Assembly: GCA_964387845.1 (NCBI GenBank)
Contig: CAYLXA010000001.1
Location: 345,038 to 409,037 of the forward strand
Direction: 5' to 3'
DNA from: an uncultured bacterium
GTDB taxonomy: Bacteria; Omnitrophota; Omnitrophia; Omnitrophales; Abzuiibacteriaceae
DNA length: 64,000 nt
Below are positions 48,885 through 58,213 of this stretch, in pieces (position 1 is the first letter of the stretch; the number at the start of each line of letters is the position of its first letter). Below the pieces are notes generated by a model. The model had not been told where the DNA came from. It saw only the letters and a list, made by a program, of their open reading frames with translations, and did not search any database. The translations under genes were made by a program, and so were the position numbers.

Positions 48885-50986
48885 TTTTTCAACGACGGTA
48901 GTTCGAGCCTTAAAACCGGCCTTAACGTGAATGCTCTGTGGTTTCCCGGTTTAATTTCGGCCACATTTGCTTTCAGCGGCAAAATGGTTTCCGATTTTCC
49001 CTTTTTCCGGAAATAATAACCAAGCCTTCCTCTGATCGGCCCGATTTCTCTCAGGACCATTAAAATATTTTGATCAAGCATAACCATAATTGCATTTTGA
49101 TCGATTTGGTTCACTGTCAGAGAGTACGAATCCTGAGAATGATCAAAGTAGCTCAAAACCGATTTTTTACTGATGTCTCCGTTTTCAATGATGTAAACAT
49201 AAAACCTGTTTTCGTTTATTCCCGTTAGGATGAAATTACCGGAATCTTGGTAAGCCAAAACAAGCCCCGCAGCCTCTGTATTTTCAAATTTGACCGTAAA
49301 ACCGACAGGCTCATAAGATTTTTTCCCTAAAAAAATCGGAATTTCAACGGGAGGCGCAGTTTTATCGTTAAAATCATTAAAAATTTCAGAAAATTCCTCG
49401 AAAATCATATTGTCACCCATTGAAAATTCATCCGGGGAAAGATGTAAGTCATTGATAGTATTAAAATTAGAATTCCATTCAGCCAACCACGGTTTCTCAT
49501 CCTGTGCAATGAAAACATAAAGCGCTTTTTTTTCTTCCCCGACGCACACATGACGCTGCAAAAGATAGTTCGGGATTAAATCAGAAAAGGAACGTTCGAA
49601 CGAACCGGCATAGCAGTATTGCGGGTTTTGTTTCATAAAATCCGCGATTTGAAAAGTCAGAGTCGAAACAATGTTGTTATAATTTTTTCGAGGCTCTAAT
49701 GTGCGCTGAAGATTTGAATAATTAAAAGGAACAGGCCATAAAATGACAAATGCAAACGCCGCCATGGGCAGAAATTGAGGAAAATATTTCCCGGCACTCA
49801 TACGATTCTGAAGCCAGCGGATCGACAAAGCGGAAAGAATTAATAAAAAATAACTGGAAAGATAGAAATAATAAGTCGCTGACTTCACATAATCGGTTCC
49901 GCGAAGCGACATGCGCCCCGCCGCAATTCCGAAAAGCATGAAGCCCAGATAAACAATTGAAATGATGCTTACAAAATGGCCGGCGGATTCTTTTTTATCT
50001 CGATAGCACAAAAACAAATAGAAAAATGAACCTAAAAGGAAAAAAAGAAAAATAAATCCGAATGTGGCGATTAACTCATTCGGTAACGCGGTAAAATCCC
50101 AAACCGCCTTTTTGAAATTATTAATGAACCGAATATCAAAGAAAACCGGAATTAAAAATGCAGCTGCCGTCAGGCCGCTGAAAGTAATGATGTTTGAAAA
50201 AACAGACCGCAAACTCAAAAAATCCGGATTGTCGACAGGGCCTAGCAACGACGGCGGCATCGCAATAACAAACTCGGCGAGACCGAGAATAAAATATAAC
50301 GCTGCCGGAAAAATAAAAATTAGCCGTTTTTCTTTTTGGCTTAAAAATTCCGCATGCGATTTCGGGAAAATAATCATTAGAAAAATTCCGCAAATGGCCC
50401 ATGCATAGAAAAATGACTCGTGAAACAAATTCGCCAAAGAAAAAAACAAAACAGCCCGTAACAGGCGGGATTTCCGGTGCACTGCTTCGCTCATCCGGAT
50501 CATCCAATAAAGCCCTAAAACAAAAAAAATCAGGCCCAGAAGATACGGGTTGATGTGACGCCAATAAACCATTTCGAAACCCGGATACTGAAATAAAAAT
50601 GCCAGAGCACATAAACCGCCGATGAGTGCACCGCACAAGTGCGCGGTCAAAAGATACAATACGAACACGCTCGCTGCATGCAGCAGGACACTCAAAATTC
50701 CCGCAACCAGCATGCTGTGCCCATAGAAAATATCTAAAACCGCATGATATAAATAAAAACCCGGACGAAAAAGAAAATAATCGCCCGGGCGGTTAAAACT
50801 GGAGTGTGTGTAAGTCAGCGTATGCCAGAAAAAATCCCAATCGGATTTAACAAGCGCGCGTTCCGCAATCAAGTTGATATGGTCGTCGCGGGGAATATCG
50901 ATAAGGCCGTTCCGGTAAATCAAAAACGAGCAGGTGGTAATGAAAATAAAAATCAGGATGTTCTTGGCAAGCAGCCGGGTCATCAT
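48881..50986 (-). CDS. large polytopic membrane protein with C-terminal soluble domain (GT-C/ArnT-like fold?), hypothetical
   Basis: 701 aa. About 12 transmembrane helices in the first ~430 aa, then a beta-rich ~270-aa domain. 4-nt overlap with the addA stop. Confidence 0.5.
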   Translation of the reverse strand: MMTRLLAKNILIFIFITTCSFLIYRNGLIDIPRDDHINLIAERALVKSDWDFFWHTLTYTHSSFNRPGDYFLFRPGFYLYHAVLDIFYGHSMLVAGILSVLLHAASVFVLYLLTAHLCGALIGGLCALAFLFQYPGFEMVYWRHINPYLLGLIFFVLGLYWMIRMSEAVHRKSRLLRAVLFFSLANLFHESFFYAWAICGIFLMIIFPKSHAEFLSQKEKRLIFIFPAALYFILGLAEFVIAMPPSLLGPVDNPDFLSLRSVFSNIITFSGLTAAAFLIPVFFDIRFINNFKKAVWDFTALPNELIATFGFIFLFFLLGSFFYLFLCYRDKKESAGHFVSIISIVYLGFMLFGIAAGRMSLRGTDYVKSATYYFYLSSYFLLILSALSIRWLQNRMSAGKYFPQFLPMAAFAFVILWPVPFNYSNLQRTLEPRKNYNNIVSTLTFQIADFMKQNPQYCYAGSFERSFSDLIPNYLLQRHVCVGEEKKALYVFIAQDEKPWLAEWNSNFNTINDLHLSPDEFSMGDNMIFEEFSEIFNDFNDKTAPPVEIPIFLGKKSYEPVGFTVKFENTEAAGLVLAYQDSGNFILTGINENRFYVYIIENGDISKKSVLSYFDHSQDSYSLTVNQIDQNAIMVMLDQNILMVLREIGPIRGRLGYYFRKKGKSETILPLKANVAEIKPGNHRAFTLRPVLRLELPSLKN

Positions 50987-53900
50987 GAAGCCCGAATCAA
51001 TTTCCTGAATTCAATGATTTGCTTTTGCAAGGTTTCGAATTTGTTTTGCAGTGTTTCGTAATCGGAATCGGTAGCCACGATATCATAAGTTTCGTCCATT
51101 TTGACAAAATATAAAACAGCTTTGGATGGCATGACGCCCAAAATTTCGCGGCATGCGAGCATGTAAAGCTCCATTTGATCCCGGTAACTTTCTCCCTTTT
51201 CTTGAAGGTTCGCTTCATTAATTTCGGATGTTTTGTAATCCACAATAACGTATTCCCCATTCGCCGTTTCATAGATCAAATCCAGCGTTCCCTGGACAAT
51301 CCCGTGGCGAAGCCGGAGAACAAACGGAAGCTCTGCAAACGTGCGTTTGGCTTTTTGAATATCGGAAAACAATTTCGACTTGAGAAATATCTGAACCAGT
51401 TTTCGAGCATCATTTTTGACGGAATCGTCAAAGTCGGCGCCGTAAAATGCCAGCCATTCATCCAGCGGAACCGCGGTTTCGGATTTCCAATTGATTAAAT
51501 GCTCAAAAATTTGGTGAACCAGCGTTCCAAAATCAGCCGCAGAGATTGTTTCTCCGGCTTCATCTAACAATTCTTCCTCCGATTTTAATTCCGCCGGCAC
51601 AGATTTAGCGCCCAACTCATATACATCCCGGAATTCGCTATGCTCTGCATCCCGGCCGAAAGTAACGTAAGCCGATACCGGCAAGTCAATGCGTTCAAAA
51701 AATTCTGCCGGATAAGCTTTCAGCTGATTTAAGATTAAGCCGGCTTCCGGCGGCACTTTTCTCATAGGAACCGGTTCTGAATTTTTGACATTGCTGCGTA
51801 TTTTTTCGGAATGAATCAGCGAAGATCTCCGGCGCTGATATTTTGAAGAGCGGACTTCGGAACTGATCATTCGGATATTTAACTTTTGATTATGAATAAT
51901 CACGCGAAGCCAATCAAACCAATTAATAGAATCGGGCTTGATAGCATTCGATAATTTTGCGGTTCCGGCAAAAATCAGGCGTTCTTTTGCACGCGTCATC
52001 GCCACATAAAGAAGCCGTTTGGATTCGCGGGCTTGGCGCTCCGCAACCTTGTCTTCGATTTCAAGATAGGTTCTTGAATCTTCAAAATCACCCGAGAACG
52101 GATTGAGGGCGCGCAAACCCAAACCAAGCTCCGGATCATACAAAAACTGGCTTTCGCCGTGGCTTTGCTTTCGCGCAAGATCCGGCACAATGACACAGCG
52201 GAATTCAAGCCCTTTTGCTTTGTGAACGGTCATCAGCCGGACCACGTTTCCTTCTTCGGCCTCAACTTGCGCTTCCGACTCGCGGACTTCATGACGCACA
52301 AGGCCTTTGACATACCGAATGAAATCACCGAGATGAACGGTTTCCCGTTCCTCGAGTTCGCGCGCAAGATCAACCAGTTTCCTCAAATTTGCGAAGTGCC
52401 GCTTCCCTTGCGGAAGGCCGAGTGCGTAAAGATCGTAACGGGTCTGGTTAAAAATCATTTCCAGAAGTTCCGAAATCCGGAGCTTACCTTTCAAAACCGA
52501 AAGCTCGCCGAAAACAGATTCAAACCGTTCAAGCTTGGCGCGCTCATCGACTGGGATTTTCTGAATTTCTTTCCATGTTTTAAATCCTTCAAAAAGCGGC
52601 GTGTGCTTATCCGGGGTTTTGGCTTTCTGCGACAGCCGGAAAAGCATATCGTCCGAAACGCGAAACATGGGCGAGCGCAAAACCGCAGCAAATTCGATTT
52701 CGCGCAGCGGGTTTTCTAAAATGGTTAAAAAATTCATCGTATCGCGTACTTCGGCTTGATGATAAAATCCGCGCCCTCCGATGATGTAATGCGGAATGCC
52801 GAAGCGAAGCAGCTCCTGCTCATAAAGCCGCATGCTTTCGCCGGCCCGGAATAAAACCGCAAAATCGCCGTACCGATAACCTTCTTGGTCAACCAATTCC
52901 CGGATTCGATGGGCAATAGCACGCGCCTCCTCAGAACGCGTCTCCGAGACGGTTTCATTGTCTTCTTTATCAATCGCAATCAAATCGACTGCGGATTCAA
53001 GCGCGCTTTCAAAATTCCGGCCGGCAGCAAGCGGTTCATAAGGCAATTCACTTTGTCTCCACAACTCCTCGAAAAACGGATTGATAAACTGTAAAAGCTC
53101 CGGCCGCGAACGGAAATTATCCAGGAGAGTAATCGAAATTCCGGTTTTTTCGGCTTCGAATTCTTTTTGCTTCTTGCGGAAAAGATCCGGAAGCGCACCG
53201 CGGAATCCGTAAATAGATTGTTTGATATCACCGACCAAGAATAAATTTTTCGGATTTTTCAGGAGTTCGATAATTTGAACTTGGACGGAGTTGGTATCCT
53301 GAAATTCATCGACCATGATAAATTTAAATTGTTTTTGATACCGTTTCCGGACCGCTGCGGAGGACTCAGAGCCGCTTGTGAGCAGCCGCAAAACATAGGT
53401 TTCAAGGTCTGAAAAATCAAACAAAGCGCGCTCGTGCTTTGCTGCAGCATAACGCCGGCTGAAATCAAGCAAGAGCGACTCGAATGTTTGCCGGTCAGGA
53501 ATAACGAGCTCCTCGATCCGGCTTGCAACGAGCCGCGCAATTGCTTCTTTCACTGCTTTAGTCTCGTCCTTGCCTTCGCGGGCCCTCAAATCAAACCAAC
53601 CGTCAATTCCCTGCAACAAATCAATTTGTTCCCAACCAGATACGGCCGAAGACTTGAGGCATGCCAGCGCTTTTTCCGCATTTTCTTTTTTCTTTTCAAA
53701 ACCGAGCAAGGACGATAGTTTGTCGATAAGATCCTGCTCAAGCATTTTTGAATCATCCGGCTGCGCAGATTTGAAGGCATTTTCACAAAAAATACCGAAA
53801 GTTCGGATTTCGTCATAAACATCTTTGATTCGTTTTCCGATCATCTCTTCGCCGTAGACGGACAAAAGAGAAAACACGCTGCTGTCGCGGAAACGTTCTT

Positions 53901-54306
53901 CGATCAATTGTTCGAAGACCTCTTCTTTCAGAAGATCGGCCTCCTCCTCTTCGCAAACCCGGAAATCAGGATCAATACCGGCTTCCATCGGATGCTCTTT
54001 CAGAAGACGCGAGCAGAAAGCATGAATCGTTCCGATATAGGCATTTTCGATTTCATGGCGGGCTTCGTGCAGACCGCGCGACCTTAATTCATCCACAATT
54101 CGTCTTTTCATTTCGTTGGCGGCTTTTTCGGTAAACGTGATGGCCAAAATTTCGGAAGGGGCTGCCAATTTTCTCTCAATGATCGATAAAAACCGCTCAA
54201 CCAAAACTCTGGTTTTGCCCGTTCCGGCGCCGGCCAGGACAGCTACATTTTGATCAAGGTTTGAAATCGCGTCGATTTGGTTTTTGGTTAGCTTTTCTGC
54301 ACTCAT
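50983..54306 (-). CDS. addA: ATP-dependent helicase/nuclease subunit A (AddA; UvrD-like helicase + PD-(D/E)xK nuclease)
   Basis: Walker A AGAGTGKT, UvrD motifs, and a C-terminal nuclease motif VIVDYKT; 1107 aa. Confidence 0.85.
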   Translation of the reverse strand: MSAEKLTKNQIDAISNLDQNVAVLAGAGTGKTRVLVERFLSIIERKLAAPSEILAITFTEKAANEMKRRIVDELRSRGLHEARHEIENAYIGTIHAFCSRLLKEHPMEAGIDPDFRVCEEEEADLLKEEVFEQLIEERFRDSSVFSLLSVYGEEMIGKRIKDVYDEIRTFGIFCENAFKSAQPDDSKMLEQDLIDKLSSLLGFEKKKENAEKALACLKSSAVSGWEQIDLLQGIDGWFDLRAREGKDETKAVKEAIARLVASRIEELVIPDRQTFESLLLDFSRRYAAAKHERALFDFSDLETYVLRLLTSGSESSAAVRKRYQKQFKFIMVDEFQDTNSVQVQIIELLKNPKNLFLVGDIKQSIYGFRGALPDLFRKKQKEFEAEKTGISITLLDNFRSRPELLQFINPFFEELWRQSELPYEPLAAGRNFESALESAVDLIAIDKEDNETVSETRSEEARAIAHRIRELVDQEGYRYGDFAVLFRAGESMRLYEQELLRFGIPHYIIGGRGFYHQAEVRDTMNFLTILENPLREIEFAAVLRSPMFRVSDDMLFRLSQKAKTPDKHTPLFEGFKTWKEIQKIPVDERAKLERFESVFGELSVLKGKLRISELLEMIFNQTRYDLYALGLPQGKRHFANLRKLVDLARELEERETVHLGDFIRYVKGLVRHEVRESEAQVEAEEGNVVRLMTVHKAKGLEFRCVIVPDLARKQSHGESQFLYDPELGLGLRALNPFSGDFEDSRTYLEIEDKVAERQARESKRLLYVAMTRAKERLIFAGTAKLSNAIKPDSINWFDWLRVIIHNQKLNIRMISSEVRSSKYQRRRSSLIHSEKIRSNVKNSEPVPMRKVPPEAGLILNQLKAYPAEFFERIDLPVSAYVTFGRDAEHSEFRDVYELGAKSVPAELKSEEELLDEAGETISAADFGTLVHQIFEHLINWKSETAVPLDEWLAFYGADFDDSVKNDARKLVQIFLKSKLFSDIQKAKRTFAELPFVLRLRHGIVQGTLDLIYETANGEYVIVDYKTSEINEANLQEKGESYRDQMELYMLACREILGVMPSKAVLYFVKMDETYDIVATDSDYETLQNKFETLQKQIIEFRKLIRAS

Positions 54307-57300
54307 GCCGTCACTTGTTCTTTGGAAAGCTTCCTATCTTCTTCTTTGATTTCACGGTAAATGTAATCGAGCCGCCATTTTTCGATCCGGCAAAGGCTGG
54401 AATAAGCACAAAAATGAACACAGTCGCGCGGTTTTACGGGAATTTCGGCCTGCTGAATTCCTTTTACATAACGTGCGATAAAACGCGATAATTCTTCAAA
54501 AAGCGCGTTCCAATCTTTCGTGTTCAATTTATTTTTCTTGCCGGTTTCGATGCCCGCTTTCTCAAGGTTATCTTTATGATGAAAGCCGGTTGATTTTCCC
54601 GTGTTGAGCGTATAGAGATGAGCGCCGAGCGGCTCCAGTTTCAGGTTCTGCTCCATCGCCAGAAGATAAAGCACAAGCTGCAGCTGTGTTTTTTGGTCGA
54701 GGCTTTTCTTGCTGAAAGGCTTTCCGGTCTTGTAATCAATTACGAGGCCGAATTTTCCGGATTGGTCGGCATCAATCCGGTCAATTTTGCCTCGGAATTT
54801 AATTTCACCGTCCTCGGTCTTCAGAGAAAGTGCGGGTTCTTTTTCATCTTTGCCGAATTCATACTCAAAATATTGAGGAACCAGGCCCGGAAGCGGCGTG
54901 ATTTTTTCAACGAGCTCTTGTTCTAAAATTCTCGACAAAGTCTGCCGAAGCTCGAGTTTCTTTAACTCAATCCGGTACCAGCGGTCACCCAGCAGCGGAT
55001 TTTTTTGGCAAATGTCATTAAATACTTTCTCGCAAAAGGATTTCGCCCGGCCGATCTCGATATTTTGAATTCCTTGCTCTTTCGCCCAAATGTGAAATTG
55101 CTCCAGCGTTTCGTGCAATATCGTTCCGACAACCCGGGGATCGATTTTTTCATCGATACTTTCGAGACGGAGTATTTGGTCGGCAAAAAAACGGTAGGCG
55201 CATTCGGCGTAAATTTCAAGCCGGCTCGGCGTGTAGAGCCCGTTTGCGGGTTGAAAAGCTTCTTTGATTTTGGAATCATGAATTTTGCCTTCGATTGGAG
55301 TTGAGAGATTTTGCATTAGAAACCGAAACCAATCGAATTCGAGGAAAGTGTTGTAAAGAGCACTGACGACTCTTGCGCTTTTCCGGCCGTGCGGCTGCCA
55401 GAATTGATCCACTATTTGCGCGGCCGCTTCTTCCGTGCGCATAGATCCGTCAAGTGAAACTAAAACATCCCTTGCCGCTTGCTTTTGGCTCGGAATTTCA
55501 TCTTCGAAAAGCAATTTGATCTCATCCACATAAAATGACGGCAAAGCTTCTTTCCCCTCCAAATTAAACCGCGGATAACTCAAGATAAGGCGCTCGCTTG
55601 CCCGCGTCACTGCCAAATAAAAAAAGAGCCGTTCAACAGATTGGCGCGGCAGGCGTTCCTGGAGAGTTTCTTTATCCCGATTGGCAGCACGGCGCTCGGC
55701 ATCCGAGAGAATCGGATCTTCTTTAACCTGAAGCGGAAATTGTTTTTCCAAAAGGCCCGGCACGAAAACGACTTTGTATTCTTTTTGCCTGGCAAGCGAA
55801 ACGTTATAAACCTGAACTTTGTTTTTGTCCCGGTGGTGAAATGAAAATAAATCGACTTCAATCAGGTAAATTAGGATTTGTGCAAAATCCTGAAAACCAA
55901 ATTCGGCATCCCGATATTTCCGCCGCATTTCGGCGAGCAAAAGCCCGACCCGCTTGAACGCTGCATGATCGCGCTGATTTTGCTCGCTCAAATCAAACGG
56001 CAAATGATCCATGCCGAAGCGATGCATCGCATTTCGAACCGCCTGCGCAAATTGACCGGCTGTTTTGACCGTTGAAAGCGAATCATGAATTTGAGATAGC
56101 GCTTTTAACTCTTCTGATGGAAATTTCTCAAGCCATTTCTCTCTTCCTTGGACCCAGCCTTCGCGGAGCGATTCGATTTCCATTTTATAAACCAAATCAC
56201 GGTTTGCGCGCACATAGGCAGACTTCAGGAAATTAAGAAGGTCTTCGCGTTTCCAGTCATCCATGATTAAACGAAGCAGGCTCACAAGCGTTCCGGCAAG
56301 CAAATGATGCTTCAGCTTCTCGCGCTCATGAATTTCAACCGGTATTTCATATTTTGAAAAGACGCTCCGGATAGCGCTCAAATACGGCCCGACTTGCCTG
56401 AAAATAAGCGCGATGTCGCTGTAATTCATGCCGGTTTCAAAAACAATCCGCTTGATTTCCCGCGCAATCATTTCCAGTTCACCCATGAGGCCGGTCGCTT
56501 CCAAAATTTGGATTCTCCGGCCCGGCTTTATTTTTTTGATAGCGGAGCCGGAAAAAAGATTCCGTTCAAGATGAGATAATATTGGATTGCTTGCACGATG
56601 ATTATTCGGCCCGGCTGAAACCGTTTCAAAACCTATCTGGGAAAGCGAGGCTTTTGTTTTCAGCACCGTATCAAAAAGAATGCTCCGCGGGCTCGATTCA
56701 TCCAGCGTTAAAGTGACCGTCACCCGCTCTGCATGCGACGCGAGAAACCGGATGAAAGCCAGCTGAAGATTCGAGAAATCAAAGAATCCGTCAATCCAGA
56801 CATGGCGGAGGCGCGGCATTCTCCACCGTCCGTGCCTGAGGCCTTCCTCCAAAAGAAAAAGCGCATCGTGCCGGTCCTTCAGGTTTTCTGCCGCAAGGCG
56901 GGATTCGTAAGCCTGATAAAGTTTTGCAAGCTCTTCATATTTTGATTCTGCGTAGCCAAATTCGCGGGCCAGCAATACAGCCAATTCGTCGAAGCGCTTG
57001 GTGCCGATCAATGATTCTTTGAGTTCCGCGAAAAACTTCGAGACCAAATCAACGAAACCATTCGTATGGGCCGCTTCTTTGAAATATTGAAATTGAGTAT
57101 TTTTGATTAAATCCTTTAAAATCATCCGGCGCGTAACATCGGAAGCGAAATTAATTCCGCCCAGCTTGAGATACCGGTTTAGAATTTCATCAAACGTTGT
57201 GACATGCTTTCCGAAAAAGCCCTTCACTTCACCGCGAAAAAGCAGGTCAATTGTTCGCGCGCGGTGTTCAACGGTCGGAAGAATCAAGACAAGATCTTCG

Positions 57301-57404
57301 CTGAAAGCATCCTTAGAATGTTGTATGGCTTGGCTTAATTCGGATAGGCAGCGGTATGTTTTTCCCGCTCCGGCTGGCCCGGTCAAAAGAGTAAGAGATT
57401 TCAT
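54303..57404 (-). CDS. addB: ATP-dependent helicase/deoxyribonuclease subunit B (AddB)
   Basis: Walker A LTGPAGAGKT and a C-terminal RecB-type nuclease with Fe-S cysteines CVHFCAYSSLC. 1033 aa, overlapping addA by 4 nt. Confidence 0.85.
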   Translation of the reverse strand: MKSLTLLTGPAGAGKTYRCLSELSQAIQHSKDAFSEDLVLILPTVEHRARTIDLLFRGEVKGFFGKHVTTFDEILNRYLKLGGINFASDVTRRMILKDLIKNTQFQYFKEAAHTNGFVDLVSKFFAELKESLIGTKRFDELAVLLAREFGYAESKYEELAKLYQAYESRLAAENLKDRHDALFLLEEGLRHGRWRMPRLRHVWIDGFFDFSNLQLAFIRFLASHAERVTVTLTLDESSPRSILFDTVLKTKASLSQIGFETVSAGPNNHRASNPILSHLERNLFSGSAIKKIKPGRRIQILEATGLMGELEMIAREIKRIVFETGMNYSDIALIFRQVGPYLSAIRSVFSKYEIPVEIHEREKLKHHLLAGTLVSLLRLIMDDWKREDLLNFLKSAYVRANRDLVYKMEIESLREGWVQGREKWLEKFPSEELKALSQIHDSLSTVKTAGQFAQAVRNAMHRFGMDHLPFDLSEQNQRDHAAFKRVGLLLAEMRRKYRDAEFGFQDFAQILIYLIEVDLFSFHHRDKNKVQVYNVSLARQKEYKVVFVPGLLEKQFPLQVKEDPILSDAERRAANRDKETLQERLPRQSVERLFFYLAVTRASERLILSYPRFNLEGKEALPSFYVDEIKLLFEDEIPSQKQAARDVLVSLDGSMRTEEAAAQIVDQFWQPHGRKSARVVSALYNTFLEFDWFRFLMQNLSTPIEGKIHDSKIKEAFQPANGLYTPSRLEIYAECAYRFFADQILRLESIDEKIDPRVVGTILHETLEQFHIWAKEQGIQNIEIGRAKSFCEKVFNDICQKNPLLGDRWYRIELKKLELRQTLSRILEQELVEKITPLPGLVPQYFEYEFGKDEKEPALSLKTEDGEIKFRGKIDRIDADQSGKFGLVIDYKTGKPFSKKSLDQKTQLQLVLYLLAMEQNLKLEPLGAHLYTLNTGKSTGFHHKDNLEKAGIETGKKNKLNTKDWNALFEELSRFIARYVKGIQQAEIPVKPRDCVHFCAYSSLCRIEKWRLDYIYREIKEEDRKLSKEQVTA

Positions 57405-57440
57405 TCAACACCTGGATAGAAACAGGATAAAACTCCGTTC

Positions 57441-57947
57441 CTACTTTTTATACGTTGCAAACGAACTTTCAGTTTCCCAGACCGTCACGGAATGAACCGG
57501 AAATTTCTGGGACACTGCATAATCATAAATCAATTTGGCGAGGGCTTCGGCGGTCGGATTGATCGGCATTGTGTAAAAAACTTCCTTTTTTGCCTTTAAA
57601 TCGGGAATGATGGGGTCATCTTGATGTAAAAGCAGTTTATGATCTAAAACATCATTGATCCACGCTTTCATGACCCGGCCGATATCATGAAAGTCATAAA
57701 CCATGCCGCGCTTATCCAATGATTCGGAATGAAGCTCCACTTGAGCACGCGCGTTGTGACCATGCAGATTCCGGCATTTACCTTCGTAGTGAATTAGCCG
57801 GTGGCCGTAGCAGAAGTGAATTTCTTTTGTGACTGTGTACATAAGACAATAGGTTAAATAAGCGCCTTTGCCGTATTTTACCTTAAATCCATCTGAGTGG
57901 AATAGATGAGTTTTAAGTGTTGAATAGAACCGCATATTTTTTATCAT
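57441..57947 (-). CDS. queD: 6-carboxy-5,6,7,8-tetrahydropterin synthase (QueD/PTPS family)
   Basis: TKEIHFCYGHRL and CRNLHGHNA match the CxxxHGH zinc-site pattern. The true start may be the internal MYTV (57842); the N-terminal extension is unusual. Confidence 0.75.
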   Translation of the reverse strand: MIKNMRFYSTLKTHLFHSDGFKVKYGKGAYLTYCLMYTVTKEIHFCYGHRLIHYEGKCRNLHGHNARAQVELHSESLDKRGMVYDFHDIGRVMKAWINDVLDHKLLLHQDDPIIPDLKAKKEVFYTMPINPTAEALAKLIYDYAVSQKFPVHSVTVWETESSFATYKK

Positions 57948-58001
57948 AAGTCATTTATTTATAATGGGTTATGAATATTTTAACTAAAATTATGTCAAAA
58001 T

Positions 58002-58030
58002 TTGACAAACCCCATTCACCCAGCTAAACT
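58002..58030 (+). promoter_or_regulatory. sigma70-like promoter for the riboswitch leader
   Basis: TTGACA (58002-58007), 17-nt spacer, TAAACT (58025-58030). Confidence 0.45.
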
Positions 58031-58057
58031 TTTGTTGTAATTCAAAACAGTTCTTTT

Positions 58058-58145
58058 TAGGAAACGATAAAGGTAAACCAATCGAAAGATTGGGGCGCAA
58101 AGCATGAGGTCCTTAATGGATGGCTCGGCTACCGAAATTCTGAAA
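58058..58145 (+). promoter_or_regulatory. c-di-GMP-I (GEMM) riboswitch aptamer
   Basis: AGGTAAACCAATCGAAAGATTGGGGCGCAAAGC closely matches the conserved P1 core of the Vibrio Vc2 aptamer as I recall it (GGCAAACCAUUCGAAAGAGUGGGACGCAAAGC), including a GNRA loop. The 3' closing GGCTACCGAAAT matches GGUUACCGAUGG. Confidence 0.75.
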
Positions 58146-58174
58146 GTGCAACTGAAAAAATCAAGTTGTGTTTT

Positions 58175-58206
58175 CGCGACCCAATTTTTTGGGTCGTTTT
58201 TTTTTG
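58175..58206 (+). terminator. intrinsic terminator (riboswitch expression platform), ending 8 nt before the pilX-like ATG
   Basis: cgcgacccaattttttgggtcg stem-loop followed by TTTTTTTTT. Confidence 0.75.
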
Positions 58207-58213
58207 AGCAAAA

